Source of the DNA: Catajapyx aquilonaris
Taxonomy: Eukaryota
Reading direction: 5' to 3'
DNA: 64,000 nt
Assembly (NCBI GenBank): GCA_000934665.2
Contig: JYFJ02001993.1
Coordinates: forward strand, 1-64,000
The stretch's first letter is position 1; every line of letters begins with the position of its first letter. Shown in pieces: positions 25,822-40,800 of the stretch. Made by a program: the position numbers and the translations under genes. The notes under the pieces are model-generated. The model did not search any database and was not told the DNA's origin. It saw nothing but the letters and a program-made list of their open reading frames with translations.

Positions 25822-28800
25822 GTAAGGATGGCTTCCAACATGTGCCTGGAATTTACCTACTGGCAGGATCTGAAATACAGGGTGTGCCATTTAACGTTTA
25901 AGAATTAATTAAAGGACAACAATTCACTGTACGATATGACGTTATAAAAACAATATCGCATATTCGGAGTAAATCAACAGCTCATTTTGAAGAAAAAAAT
26001 AGCATGATAATATTAGCATCGAAATGAAATTACAGTGTATCTGGCAGAACTGAATACTAATAGCATTAGTGCCAAAAAAAATCTAACTACTGAGGATACT
26101 TCCAGAGGAACGTACTACGTTTTTCGAGTGATTATTAATTTTTATTAGGCATGGATGAGACTGGTTTAATATTTTGCATACCAAAAACTGTGCGTGAAAC
26201 TCATAACTCATCTAGGAGAACAACTTCTGACAGCTTGTGGTAAGGGTCTATCGCCTCCCTTCAACTGAAAATTGGCTAGGTTGTCCTCACTGTGCCAAAA
26301 CTAACGTTGACTTTTCCTGCACGACCTGTTAAGAGGCCACGTTTCCTTCTGGCATCCTGCCAATGCTGAATGACTAGACTTGCTGCCCATTCCCAATAAG
26401 CTTGTAAATGTACCAATGTAGAGCAACTTTCTGGAATGTATTGCAGAAAAACTTCCTGTCGGACGATGGCAAAAAGTTCTCCGTCAAGTCGTCCCCGAGG
26501 CCCCCTGACTCCAAAGTGGACAAGCTCCAGGCGATCATGGACAAGATGGAAGCAGCCAAGAAGTCCCTCCTGAAGGACGGCAGCTGCGGGTTGGTGGTCA
26601 TGGACGAGGTGTCCATCACCCCGGAGATGACCTCCCGGTTTAGCTCTCAACAGCGGATAGCTCTTCACTCGGCCAACATCCTGAACAACCTGTTCAGCGA
26701 CGCCGGGTTCTTGAAGGAGAACAGCCGTCTGAGCAGCCAGGAGTTCTACCAGGGTCTGGCCGGGGCCAACCTGGACAGTGACCGCGGGATGGTGTCTAGT
26801 GCCGTGGCCTTCGCCCGAGGCGCGTTTCCGGGTGTGCCCCGAGGCAACCTGTTCGGCATATACGCGTACCGCCAGGGCTCGGACATGGCCCACGCGAAGG
26901 ACCTGTCGCTTCTGTTCAACAACAGTTACGACATCCATGGGAACCCAGGCAGCGAGTGGTTCTGGAGGCTGAAGGAGAAGAACTTTGACCACCCGATCGA
27001 TCCCCAGGTGGCCGAAATAGGCGGCGGAGGGAAGGGCTCGGCTGAGGACGGGGTGAACGGCACGGGGAACAACGCTGCCGGGACAGTCCTGACCACCGAG
27101 GCCGCAGACGGGGTCTGGGCATCGCCGTTCCTCGACTGCAGCGCCACCAACGAGTGGCTCATTACCTTTGCAGCACCCTTTTTCGGACGGAAAGGAAGCC
27201 ACTTTGAGTTCAAGTGAGTTCTGATTTATTGTCTGCTCTCTATGCATGTTCAGCCACCACGCAGAGAGGTAAAACAGGCCGGATATTTCAAAATTCTGTA
27301 AAAATGGCTGTGGGTAGGGCTTGAAATCTGCTAGGAAAATATTGAGCCATGGATCAGGGTTGGGGATTAGATCGATGACATTGCGACAAGTCGTAGGGTA
27401 TCGTCGCTTCATTGCATGCCCATTATGAATGGTGCAATGTCCCTGAGGACGTAAGGTTTTTTTATCACAAAATACATTTGTGTCAGATTGTAGTGATCTG
27501 ATTATGGTTGCTAGAAAACTTTTTAAAATGGGTGGAAATCCCGCACTTCTGTAGCAAATAATTCTAAAGGCCATTTCACACAAAAAATGTCGCGCGGCAA
27601 ACGGCGCGACTTGCGGCAAATTTTATTGTTGCCAACAATTGGCNGGCAACAATAAATATAAATAAAAATTTGCCGCAAGTCGCGCCGTTTGCCGCGCGAC
27701 ATTTTTTTTGTGAAATGGCCTTAATGCTAGAAATTGCACGTTCTTGTCTCGACACATTTAATTTAAGCGTGTTGAAAAGTGGCCACGCAGAATTCGGCTG
27801 TGGTCAGAGCACGAGTATTACACTCAGAAAGGAATGCATTCATATCCCTCGCCAGTCAGCCAAAGTGATATTTATAAAACCTTCCCATGCTACCATGAGC
27901 GCTCTAAAATTAGATTTCCCATATAATTTATATCTAATTTGAAGCGCAGCACCGCTTCTTTTTTTGTACTCCCAACTTGTAGGACATTCGAAACATGAAA
28001 TGTGACCCTTTGGAACGTCTCAAGAAAATCGATCATGTAATCATTTCCTGCACGGAAATAACATGACCAGCTAGCGTATAAGGTAACTTCACCTGAACTG
28101 ACAACCTAGGAATAATGAATGATAGTCCAGTGAATTGGCGAGTTCAGCAGCCTTTTTTTCCAGCATACCTTTTTAGAAAAATCTTGCCAGTCCGGCGCAG
28201 ATGAATGGCTGGAGCTCAGCCAAAGAGCTTTTTTTATGTGGGAAAAAGCGCTTGTGAAAGTGATAAATGGCAGGGTAAAAAATTCTAGCCACAACTGCCA
28301 AATTGAACCTGGAGGTTCCAGTGGACAGAAAGGGTGATCAATCAATGCAAGCACATCCGGCGTGAGGTCAAGCACCCTCCTTATCAAATAGGGTGTCTCT
28401 AGTCGCACCTTGATTCTAGCAGACCCTTGTTTTGTTGCTTGTTAGGGTGGTATTAATAGCCACGTGACTCGGGATTGATTGCAGAATATGAGCTGGTCGT
28501 TTCAAATTATCTGAAATGTGATCATCCAATACTTACGCCATATTTTTTTTTAAAGTGTTTGATCGATTGCAACGGCTAGGAAAAAGTCTGATAACGGTAG
28601 CATATGAATTAGTATCTTTTCATTCGAATCACGTTATTGCCGTTAGGTATTGGATATGGAAATGAAATTTGATTAAAACATGCCAAAGAGCAATGAATTC
28701 TGCCTCATTTTACTAAATTAAAATTCCCGAGCAATTAATTCGAGGGAATGTGCAGGATGGAATAGAGATTTTAGCGTTAGATGAAAAGGAAAATGGTGCT

Positions 28801-31800
28801 TTTTACTGTTAAACTAGATGTGTGGCAATTGAGATGTCCAGAGGTACGGTACAAAAAAAATGCCGATAGAGGAGAAACCCTGGTGCAGTGAATCGTGCTT
28901 GCCAAAATAACATGACCTGCAGCACAATGAGTAATTAGCATTGCATCCGCTTACTAGATGCGCGCATTACGTATTGTTCACGGTCCCAACATGAAGGCAT
29001 GAGCGTAACACTGTACAGTATCGCACTCGTCTAGAATGCTCGATTCAAGCTTGTAAAATCAACACAATGTGTGTGCACGTCCCACATAACGTTCGATATA
29101 GCCTACAAGATTTACATTTATTGAAATTGGCATCATAATTGTCTGCATATTACTTCCAGCTAGTGCCCAGTAGTTTACGTAAAGTTTGTCGGAATTATTA
29201 TGAAATACACTGCATGTTTTGTAACCACCAAGTGTATGAGTTAGGCAAGCAGAAAATAGGTTAATATTGTTTATCAATTTTTTGTAGGTCTCCTAATGCA
29301 TTACAGATCGATGTCGTTATGAATTTCTTGGCTGATTCGTTGACACTTTGATGTTAAGCAAACTATAATTTGCTGGATAGGATTGCTCAAAGCTCATTAT
29401 CAGTCGGTCTTGCTTGCTCTGCCGGACACCTGTCCAGTGCAAACTTGATCAAGAGTGGACTTGGCTGTTTCTCTTGAATCTCCTATAGCCTGAACGTCCA
29501 ATTGAAGTTGAAACTTCCCTCTTTGTGGTAACCTACGCAGAAATCCTTTCACGTCTGGTGTAGTTGACAAGGATAAAGGCTTCCTCCGATCAAGTTTTCT
29601 GAAATGTGGGCAAGGAATACTGCAGTGACATTAGTTGGGCTTATCGAGGAACTGAAAGTGGGCCCCAGGTGTTAGCTAGGTGCATGACAAAGAAGTGAGA
29701 TGGACCCTTTGAGAGTTGGAAGATTTATTTAACTGCATGCCACAGGGTAGGAATCAGCATTTATATTCAAACGAAAGTGATTGGTGAACTGCGACTTGAA
29801 ATAGCCTTAAATCATTATTTGAATCAATCGTATTTTGGCCATCTATTTGAGAAGACAGATTTAATTGAGCCTTCTACCTTACGCATTTGTGGATTTTTTT
29901 AAAAAAATATGAAAGGTGGAGATGTTGACTACAAAAAGGTGAGAAAATGAAAGTTTGGAGCCTTTCGGGAGATGAAGATGGGATTCCATGGGCAAAAGTG
30001 ATTCCCCAGGCTTTTCCATGCCTCTAAGAGCTTTCAGTTCCTCCCAAAAGTTCACTTCGTAGTTTGATTTAAAGCCAGCCACGTAGGAATTCCCAGTGAA
30101 ACCCCCTTTAGAGTTTTTACCTCCGATGGGAATTGGAAGTTTGCAAATGCCAGCTTCGACCACTGTCTTTTTTTATGTTCTTGTCCTATTCTCGTGATTA
30201 CCTCTGCCCATGAGTTGGCAAAGAGCAGAGCAAGAGCCACCCCTTGAACTGAGGCAGAAAGAAAACAAATATCAGACGGACGGTCTCATTAGTTGAAGGG
30301 AAAAGCAGATATCCCTTGGAACATGTTGGAACAGGAATAACCAATGGGGAAGGCATCCTTGACTAGGATAAAATAATCAAGGAATACTGAAAGAAAATGT
30401 TTATTTCTTCGTATCAGCGAAATGGCTGCATCAAAAATGTGCTTCGGAAATCAGGGAAATCATGAACAGTATTGGTCAAATATTCATGCTTGTCATGGCG
30501 AATATTCAAAAATGAGCCCATCCTGATGTGTATGCAACTTCACCCTTGTCGTAGGGGAAGTATAACAAACAGGCGCCATAAGGTACAAATAAGCAGAGTC
30601 TGAGAAGCACATAAGGTGAAGGTTACCCCTTAACCCAATATAAAGTCTACTTTCTCGAACCTAAGTTATTTAATGAATCTAATCAGAACTAACTCAAGCT
30701 TAGCGCGATTCGGCAAAGTGGCCCGCGTAATTATTTCCGGGAATCAGATGAAACTAGCTAACTGCGTAACTCGAGCAATGGGATGCAGAATCAATTGCAG
30801 TAGGAAACAGGATTCCAGGCAGCTATAATTAGGCCTAATTACTAAATGATGTGCTGGTTTTGCTGCATGGTCGTGCTGGAAGGTTACATGCAAATTGCAC
30901 CGTAAACCTCCCCCACCCCCTCACGCCTTTCCCGACTTGGTTAATCTACTACAAAGTGTAAAAAAAGTTAATTTAAGTGCAAATATGCTCTTTTTATGAC
31001 ATGTTTTTTAACCTCTTGAGACTGAATTTTTTATCATCTAGTTTGTTCGCATGCCCTCATTCATCCAAGCGATTATTAATTAACCACTCACACATGCTGA
31101 GTTACTGATGTCATGCTCGTGATCCCATGGTATTGCAATTGATGAGGTTGTGCCTTAATTAACCACCCATCGAAGGTACTCGTGTTGGAGCACCGTTGTT
31201 GTAAAAGTCAAATAGGAAACAAGAACGTGTTTCTGAGTAAGAAGTATCTGGTGAAATTGAAAGTCAGAAATTTCCGGTTCAGATTCGCGAAAAGGGAATA
31301 CTTGGCATCGATCCGCGTACATTCAACCGCATTAGTATCGTGTCAGCTTCCGCATGAGAAGTTCTGCACGAAATTATTCCGTTCTCCTTTGGCATTATGA
31401 GCCACTTCTGAACCAGAGTGTACCTTGCTTGAATATAGCGCATTTTAGGGAGGGAAACGTTGGGTCCTGAATGCGAGCTGATGACATTCAGATTGCAAAT
31501 TGCATTTCAACAGGAACTGTGCTTGTGAATGGGAGTGACTTGGGTGCGCGTTCATTTTTGGACATTTATTTTTTGGCATGTCCTCGTGTGAATTACCACT
31601 ACAATCGGGGGGCTGTTGATTCCGGGTGCCAACCAGTAATTGGCCTTAATTAGGCGAGGACAGGGCAGGTGTAAGGGGTGGAGGAGCCTGCATTTTTAAA
31701 ATACAAAAGTATGTTTGTAGTGGTACATTCCGGTGATTTTTTTATTTGGGTAGTCTTAAGTGTATGTAAAACCCAATTTGGACCAAGTCCAAAGACTAGT

Positions 31801-34800
31801 CCTAACTTTTTAGACCATCTTTCCAATAAATAGTCTGAACTGCACCTATGAGATAGGATGATGCTTAAATGGCTGGTCCAATTAACTTTGGGTTCAGAGT
31901 TCCACGTTTTTTTTGACGTCAACACCATGATGAAGTTATCCAGGAATATTTGGGTATTATCATAGTGCGGCTTCCACTTGTCACCCACTTTATAGCTTCC
32001 ACTCGACGTGCTGTCAAACTACGTGAGACCTGCGGGGACAGTGATTGTCACTCGGAATTAGATTCTAGTCAACTGACGTGTCATGCATTTCTTAATCATG
32101 GATGACCCACACGGCCAGAGGGTGTTACTTGTTTGATCACAAGAGTGCAAAATTACAGACGTGATTTCTCAACAGGTGGAGTGATTTTTAATGAGATTGA
32201 AATTAGAATGTTGTTACTATAGATGGGAAACTTTTTGTCGCTTCCCGGTGCATGTCACATCATTAACGCTATTAGTCTGACCACCGTGGCAGTTAATTCG
32301 TCACTTGCAGACTGGTGTCCAACTATTAAATTGCCAGGTTGAAAAGGTTGCTTGCCATATTTATTGAATATTTAATAGGTCCTCAGGATGGGAACATTAT
32401 AGCATACCGATAATATTTTATTAATCGAATATGCACTTAATTAGCTAGGATGCAACTTGAAATAATAATGTTTCTTACATGTGAATTTTCTGTCCAAGGT
32501 TTTTATAGGCCTAAAGTAATACTTCTTCAGACGCTAAAAATCTACCACTGTAACAGCCAAAGGGGAAACAACTTGCACAATCTGGTGCTCATTTTTATCT
32601 CATCATGATTTATAATTCCACTTGCTTTGGCGTCCGGTGCTCCAGGCTGCAGGCTCATAGATTTGTAACTGAAGACCCAGTTTCTTCTATATACCAATTG
32701 TACTTCTCTGTCCCGCTATCGAGGCAGCTCGGATTTCGTTGCAAGGTAATTAACCACTACCGGTATAGTCACATTACGTATCACAGTGCACAGATCTAAA
32801 TTATTTGTATAAATAGGCTCAAAAAGGATGAATTTTGCACATGTCCGAAAAGGACAAACGGACATGTTTTGAAACAGTTCCTTTTATGATATGCCAGCTC
32901 TAACCAAGTTAGTTTCCACATGCATATGAAAAGCACTCGCAGTCATTTTGACATAAATATTTGACATGCCATTTCCATACTGTGGTATATCACCTTCCCC
33001 AGTTGCTGCGACACATCGTGGCACTCATTAGAAGCGCCGGTTCGTCTCTTGAACCCTGTAACACAATACACCTGACAATATTGCCAGTCGAACTTGAGCC
33101 TCTGCGCGTTTAGTTCGTCCAGCAGCTGAGGCCATCATGATTTTCTGGGGTTCAAAGTGGTGGGCATTAATCAGAAATGGGAGTCCCCCAGCAGCCCTCT
33201 CAGGCCAAGTGGAGTTGGAAGAGGGAGTGCCTTTGCTTGTTCCACTCGCCTCAATACATGGTCGAGAGGCAGCCGGCCTCTACTTCCGTCTCACCTAACA
33301 CCTTCCAAGCACAATCAACCGCTCGACAACCTGCATTATTAGTCATGGGCACACTTCTGCTGACCGTTCGATATTGGACTATAAAGCATGCTGGGGACAG
33401 CGGTTTTTGAACTGTTGAAGGGGGGGGCCTGCTTGAAATGAATAATTATTGACGCCAACCCCGCTAATTACCGGTACAATTGATATTAATTTTTCTGGTA
33501 GCGGCACTGTACATATGGCAGATTGAACACCCTGAGGGATTTTGCTGATTCGCCGTCGTTAGTAGCCCATTAGCGAAACGAGGTCGTGGCAGTGATGTGC
33601 GTTGAAATTTGCCGTCAAACGACCTGAAAATCGATCATGCTAGTTGAGATTTCCTGGACGGTTGTTACTTGCTGCCTACCTGTGCACATGGCGTGTGATT
33701 AGAGTTTCTATCAAAGACACTTTCGGATGACGCGGGGGTGAACCTGGCCTCCTGACTAATCAAAAGGCCAAGAATAATAGGCAATTACAATTTGTTCCAG
33801 CCCTAGAAATCAGCTTCATTTGAGAGCTATAAAAAGGTTTGGTTTTTAGTCTGTTTTGTCTTTGCTTGATGACTCTCATGATAAAGAGGAACGTGGATTG
33901 GCCAACTAGTCTTTGATGTGTGAGAGTTATATTGGTATAAAAGGAAAGTCAAAGTTGTTTTCAAAAACAATTTGCTGTGCAAGTTATTTTCTTACACAGC
34001 ACCGATATGAGCACGTGTTCAGCATGAAATAATAATCATAATGATAATAACAATAACAATAACAATAATAATAATAATTTTCTATTTAAAGAAATTATTT
34101 ACATGTCGCGATATTATTGGGACGAATTCCGGAGCTGTTGTAGTTGAAAGGATTATTGTTTTAAGTTACGAGCATTTGCTCCCAAGTGGACAATGTGGCT
34201 GTCACTTTGCTGCTCTAGCAAGTCTAGCGAAATTCAAGGTGGTGGGGCCATATATTTGGCCCTCACCTAACAGCTGCTCCGGGCAATGTGGATGTCAGCA
34301 CGCTTTCATTCTTGCCTTACAAACGGTTGTCACCTTCACAGTCCCCTCGGTGAATTGCACCATGCATGATGATTCACTGAGGCTCGGCAGGCACAGATGC
34401 AACAGTTTTCACTTGTGGAATTCAACAATGTAAATAGCTTCATCTGGTGCTATTTATTTGTCTAGGCGCATGAATAAAGATATGTCGTCAACCGTGGGGT
34501 AAGAGGATATTAATTGGTTTTTCATTGTTACTAAAAATAACATCAAATAAAAATAACATCATGTAGGCCTTCGATCGACGACCTACCAGAGGTGAGGGTT
34601 TCATCTTGCTATATATTGTTGTAAATTTGATTGTCAGTCAACAACTGAGCGCAACCTGTGTGTGTGTGACCCGTGTAGATTTTAGATATTAGTTTATGTC
34701 TATGTGTTCTAATAGCTATATATGTTACATCCCTACTGTAATATACTTTTGACACTTCTCTTTTGTCCATCGAACATAATGGGCTAATACTGCGTAGCGC

Positions 34801-37800
34801 AATAACGATGCACGTAGTTAGAGTATAGTTCAATTAACACTGATTGCAATACATTAACTCCTCTCTAAGTAATTAGCATTTAATAATTGAACTGAAATAA
34901 CTTATTAACGATAATAAACATACTTTCCAATATAGTTGATAAATTGCACAGATAATGTCATGTTTCTAGTAGGCTGTACCTTACAAGAGCACCGGTGTGC
35001 AACTTTTTCGTATTCAGAGCAGGATTTTGCGAGTGTTTCAGATGTATCGGCGGTAAGAGGGCTGCAGGTCGACTTGGAAATATGACGGCCAAGTTATTTT
35101 TATCTAGCAGAATTCAGTCCCGATTAAGCCAAAAATATTTTTGTCAAGATGTACACTACACCAGATCCAGAAATGAGTCGTGCATGAATATCAGTACACT
35201 ACTGCATAAAAGTAGGAAACTTACACAACAGCTACGCGTATGTCGCACATGTAGGCCAATTACTCACGTGTTGGGCGTAAAGGCTGAGAAAGAGCTGTGA
35301 TTGATAGGCCCAGTAGTTCTCATCACTTATTCGAACCCTAGGATCCCCTGCACAGTTAACGAGAAAAGTAAACTTGCTTTGCATGGCGTAAATGGCTCTC
35401 TCTTCAAGTGTCTTTACAAGCAGCGAATGCATCGTAACGAACTAGATGTGCCCTTTTCTCCACGAAGGTGACTTCTACGTGTTGTGGTTTCAGTGTTAGC
35501 GAAGTAATTAGGAAGCCTTCGTTAAGAGGCAATTGAATTTAGGCGAGCACAAAGTTAAGTCCAAAAACACGTAACAAAGGGGAAAGGAAGGGGATGTGAC
35601 CTCAGAAGCATCGTATAAAAGGAAATTTGAAGTCAAATCTCTTAGCTCTCACTCTTTGTACTTTTTTTCACGCTTACTTGCCCTTTATCTCAAGCACCAT
35701 GTGTAAAGCGAAATGTACGTGAAAGGGAGGAAATGTAGCTCGTAAAGGATTACCCTCCCAACCTGCGACCAAAAGCACTCGACTGAAAGCTGTAGGGTTG
35801 AACAAGAAAAGGAACTTGAAGTACAGGATGTGAAACTAGTGGGAGTTTCTGTTATAGCCAACTTTTCTGACGTGTTTGCATAATTCAGCATTCGTTTTAC
35901 ATTCGTCGGGCATATACACACAAATATAGAAAGAGTAATCCCCAGCTGTGTGACTCCTCAAAATGTGATTTATTTATTTTAATAATGGATGGAATTGAAA
36001 TTGCGTTATAAATGAACGCATTGCAAGATTAATTCACTGGCGCAGCAAATGCCGGCGTACCGCAGGTCGGGTCTGGCAAAATGCATCGGTTCCAAATGCC
36101 GTTATGACATTTATTTGCGCCAACATTTCCAGCAAAATGGATTGCGGGGATGATAAAATTTATTCAGGGCAGCGTATTTTACGCCCAATTATGCTCGAAG
36201 CACTGGCCATCAACTGCTAAATAACCCGAAAGCTCTAAATATACGTATTTCACTATTTAAAACTAGCAGTAGCTCAAAATTCGCTCTTAATATCAATAGT
36301 AATAACCACCTGCAAAAACATGGTTTAGCGAATGCTTGATGTAAATTGAGATTATAATTCAGATTATAACGACATTTTCGCATGTGAAGAATTAAGTCAT
36401 CTACCTTCATCTCACAAAGGAATTTTTCTCGCACGCTCAGGATTCGCAGCAAAATGGCGTGAGAACACGCGACATTTGCCAGTTCCAAAAGAGCCCTTTA
36501 TGCTTAAATAACTTGAACCTCATTTGACTATAATCATGCATGAAAGTCATATAAGTGGCCTTGCGCAGGATAATCTATCAATTATTGAAAAATCGGGGCT
36601 TATTAGCCAGATTAAATAACCAGCACATGTAGCCTATGGATTTCGGATCAAAGCCCCTTCCAAAAATTGAGCTCTTTTTGCGCTGGCTTACATGGTAAAA
36701 CGTAACACAACTGACAAACAAGTGCCTGGCCTATTGGTGATGGGTGCAATTCACTTAAATTGCCTCATCCGGGTGCTGAAATAATCGGCTTGTTTAGTAT
36801 CCTCATCTGGGAAAAAGGGGGTCCTGGCGACACTTTTTTGTTGGTGTAATAAGTCGTAAAAGAGAGGGTTTGCGGAACCATTTTGGCGCTAGATGTTGGG
36901 GGTAATAAAAGGAGTGACGACACTTAAAAAATCGCCAAGAGGAAAGGTGCAAAAAAGTTTTACTTACTTTCCATTTCTGGTCTTTACAAGAGTGTACGCG
37001 TAGACGACCCTTGCAAACTGTGCTAACAAATTTGTGTCAATTTTTTCCATCGATAATTTCAGCATAATTCAATAGTGTGCAATTCATAAAACTGTAGCGA
37101 ATGAATTGTGATCTAATTTAACCCCCTGCAGTTTTTGAAGCTTGCCAAAACGGAGAGTATAGTCTACGATAGGCCGAAAGTGTGGGGCGCTAATGACAGT
37201 AATGTACTAAATGAGATTATGCGACGGTTCCCAATTTCATTGCATGTTAATTTTCTTTTGGATTTCCGCGCGGAAGATAATTTAATTTGCCGGGTATTTT
37301 CCCTCATTAGGCATAATTTCTTGATATGCTTGATTTGTTCCAAATGGAAGCCAAGATTTGGCTTTTGAATATGTTAGCCAAGTTACGTTTGGAACGGTTT
37401 TTGCATTTAAATAGACATTTAAAAATGAGTTAGTAAGCACAATGGATATAACTAACAGACACTTCAGGATTTCATAATTGCAAATCTTATTATCAGCTTA
37501 CCGCATGAAAATCTACGAATGCATTTTTTAATTAGTTGAATTAACCAAACATTTGTATGAACTTACCAAATGAGTTTGGTTGTTTGCCAATACAAATGAA
37601 ACCAAATATTTAGCCAGAACAACCAAAACAATTCGACTGTGCTCAGTACCGTCTCAAAATTTTGTTAGTTCAATCAATGAGATTTTTCAAGATAACTAAA
37701 TTGTAAGTTGAAATAACCTAATTTCCATCAACGAAATAGTATTGGTTACTTCAACCATTTTTCTTAGTTTCAGAATTTGAGCTTAAATGCGGTGTAGCAT

Positions 37801-40800
37801 AATATGCTACACCGCATTTAAGCTCAAATTCTGAAAGTGGGCTGCAAGGTTGATATATTATATCAACCTTGCCGCCCACTAATGCCTCATTACATCTGCA
37901 CTAATTTAATTCCACTGCAATTAACTAGCATGCAGCAACAGCGAAACTTCAACCTTAATTGCAGCAAACTTCTGAATTTGGATATCCCCCATTGTATTCG
38001 GACTTGTAGACATTTGACACCCAACTTGGAAATGACTTTGGCCCAACTCTAAGGACCTTCTCCAGCTACAGTTGCGTTTAGTCAGGCAACGGAGGTGAAC
38101 AATGCAGTCTAGCTGGGTTTTGGTGTAGGAGAATAGGAGGAAGGAATATCATGGCGAAATGCGCCACCGTTATCGTCCCTGGGAAGGAATCCTTTGAGAC
38201 TGTAGGATGAAAAAGAGGTTGAAGATCTAGAAGCTCAGATACATATTATTGCTACTCGGCGGGCACTGAAGTGGAATGTTTTATGGCTGAATCGAATACA
38301 ATAGAAGTGGAAATGCTGTCAGCATTGCTCTTTTTTGGGCCGTGTTGTACAGCATTTCTGAAAAGAGTGACAGAGCGTGCATTACTTTTATTATACTATC
38401 GGTATGTGGAAGCGACGGATAATGGCACTTGCATCAGCAATGCATAGTACAGAATTGTTGAAATAATCGTCAATAAATTTTTACAGGCTTTGCAATCTTT
38501 CGGTTTTCTTACTTATATAGAGTGGAAACTCGCGTGGCAAGCAGCTTTTGACTAATTCCAATCTTTACGGCACGCGAATCGACGTGAATGCCGGACATGA
38601 AGCGAAAAAAAGTGGTATTCAGGAAAAGCCTTAAAAGCTACATTGCGGAAACTCACTTCTTATTCACCCTTATTACTGCCAACGCCGAAAAAAGATCCCC
38701 CCCCCCTCACTCTCTTTCACCCATAGAGGAGAAAGATGTTGACTGAAGCATTTCTTCTTCCGGCACTGAAGGGAAAAGTAGAGCCAATAATAAAAAGTTT
38801 TATTCGCCTGATCTGAGCAAAGGGGAATACTGAAGCGACAGCCTGCAATAAAGCTACATGTATACGTTGCTTCTCCGCATGCAATGCGCCTTTTTACGAC
38901 ATTCGCATAGGCCTTAACTCCAATGCTCTTTCTATGGATAGATGGCATTGCGCTGAATACACGTCGCCCTGATTAGGGATGTGAAGGATAAACTCTGGAC
39001 AGGCACAGTATGTCTTAATTTATTGCCCGGGAAGAAATGAATGAAGGGAAAACACCTGCCAGTACCCCCGTCAACTGTCTGTCTTTCTGTGTGTCCGCCC
39101 ACCAATGCCATCTGTGGTCCTGCTGCTCCAACACCTTCAACCTCTCCCGCCTGCATAACGGCAACCGTCATTTGGCTGCCATCTGTAGTCAACCCCCAAT
39201 ACCTCCATCCTCTCCCGGCCTGGGGGTGGAGAGCAGATGGCAGGCAAATGACGGTTGGCAGGCGGACAGACAGAGAGACAGACTCACAAACGGCTTTATT
39301 TATATAGATGATATAGTTTAAAAATACAAAGAGGGTCGTATGTTTTGTCCCCTTAAAATGGGAGCATTAACCTCTGTCCACTTGAGGATAATTCAAATTG
39401 GGGGCAGAGGGCGTGGCTTGCTCTTGGCCATTATTATTAAGGTACCGCAGCAGTAGCTAGGAAACAAATTTGAAAACACTGGAGGCGGTGCAGTGCATTA
39501 TGCGTGGCTTATTCAAAAGGGAAGTAAGGAGAGTGTGGGAAACGAGCTGTCCACACAGCAATGGCGCGAATTAAAGGAAGTGGTTGCAACAGGCCGCGAA
39601 TGGCCGGGGGTGAGGTGGGGTGAGGGAAACTACAGGGCCGTGGAATATGCAATGTAGGGTGCCCACAGTTGGGATCCGGAAGACCTCAGGGGGAACATTT
39701 TAGGGACCCTCTTCCCATTCAGTACCGGCCATTTAGCCTCGTGCAAATGGCCGTGGCTGCCACCCCTTCTGGAACACTCCCGTTTTCCCTTCCGAACCCC
39801 ATTTTGGAGCATACGCCTGATATCTGGTTGGTTGGTTAGCTTCCTTACGGTGCAGCAAACCGTAATTACACTGCGACTTATCCACAAAAAAATCGGGCAT
39901 GTAACCGCCACATAAATTTGTTCCGGTATTACATTCTGAAAATGTTGGGAAATGGCAAATTTGACACAAAAAGTCGTGGATTTTCTTGCTGGAATTGAAA
40001 ACAGTTTCAGGTCGGAAGTTTATGCCTGTGCTAGCCCCACCGCCACAGAGTGTTGCAATTAGCATTTGAAATGGAATGCGAACAAGAGCAGTTAACCATA
40101 TAACCATCTCGTGGAACGGAAACGGAAATAGAACGTAATCAGCTTCTCGAATGGCGTCTCCTTCCCCCTTTACAAATAGGATAAATTAATTTCTGGAATG
40201 AAGGTGGCGAGATTTTGGGGTCTGGCCTGGGGGAAAAGGAAACGCCGACTAAATAAGAATTAACATTGTCTTCCTTTCCCTCCTGCCAAATTGAGTAGGG
40301 AAAAGCAGCTGAGTTCTGCTTCGATTTGGGGATAGGAAATTGGATAAGTCCTGGGAAAATTAATGTAGGCGTACCATTTCAGCACACCTGACACCCAGAC
40401 GTGCAACCAAGTTTTTAAAATTTTTTCAATACATTCGGTACAGTGTTGGACATTAATCGCGTCATACTGGTAGCGACATTTTCCGATGCGGCAGACGTGC
40501 AAATCGTAGAGTGCGAACCGTGCGAATCAGAATAGGTAGGCCTTGGGTGACGTCACCGGCTGGGGAGCAATGGAGAAAAAGGCTTGTCCCCAACCCGTGA
40601 CGTCACCCAAGGCCTACCATTTCTTTTTCACATGGCTCCCACTCTGTCACTTCGATTTGCACGTCTGCCTCATCGGGAAATGTCACTAGCAGTACGACGC
40701 AATTAATGGCCAACACTGTACATTCATGACATTTTTAATGATCACCCCCAGTGCATGTGACGTAGTTCTATGGACCTCTTTCAACAGTGCGGGGACAGAA

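Noticed and set aside
26276..27619. 447-aa ORF on the minus strand
   Set aside because: Antisense shadow of the GC3-rich GPCR exon 2. It starts at a non-ATG codon inside the MITE palindrome and has no recognisable domain.
27670..27942. ORF with the same N-terminus (MPQVAPFAARHF) as the 447-aa antisense ORF, suggesting a gene pair
   Set aside because: The identity is simply the two arms of the palindromic MITE.
37530..37765. Recurring gttgaa-taacc motifs suggesting a foldback element next to the double hairpin
   Set aside because: Too degenerate to define termini or a TSD; noted only as possible context for the adjacent scar.
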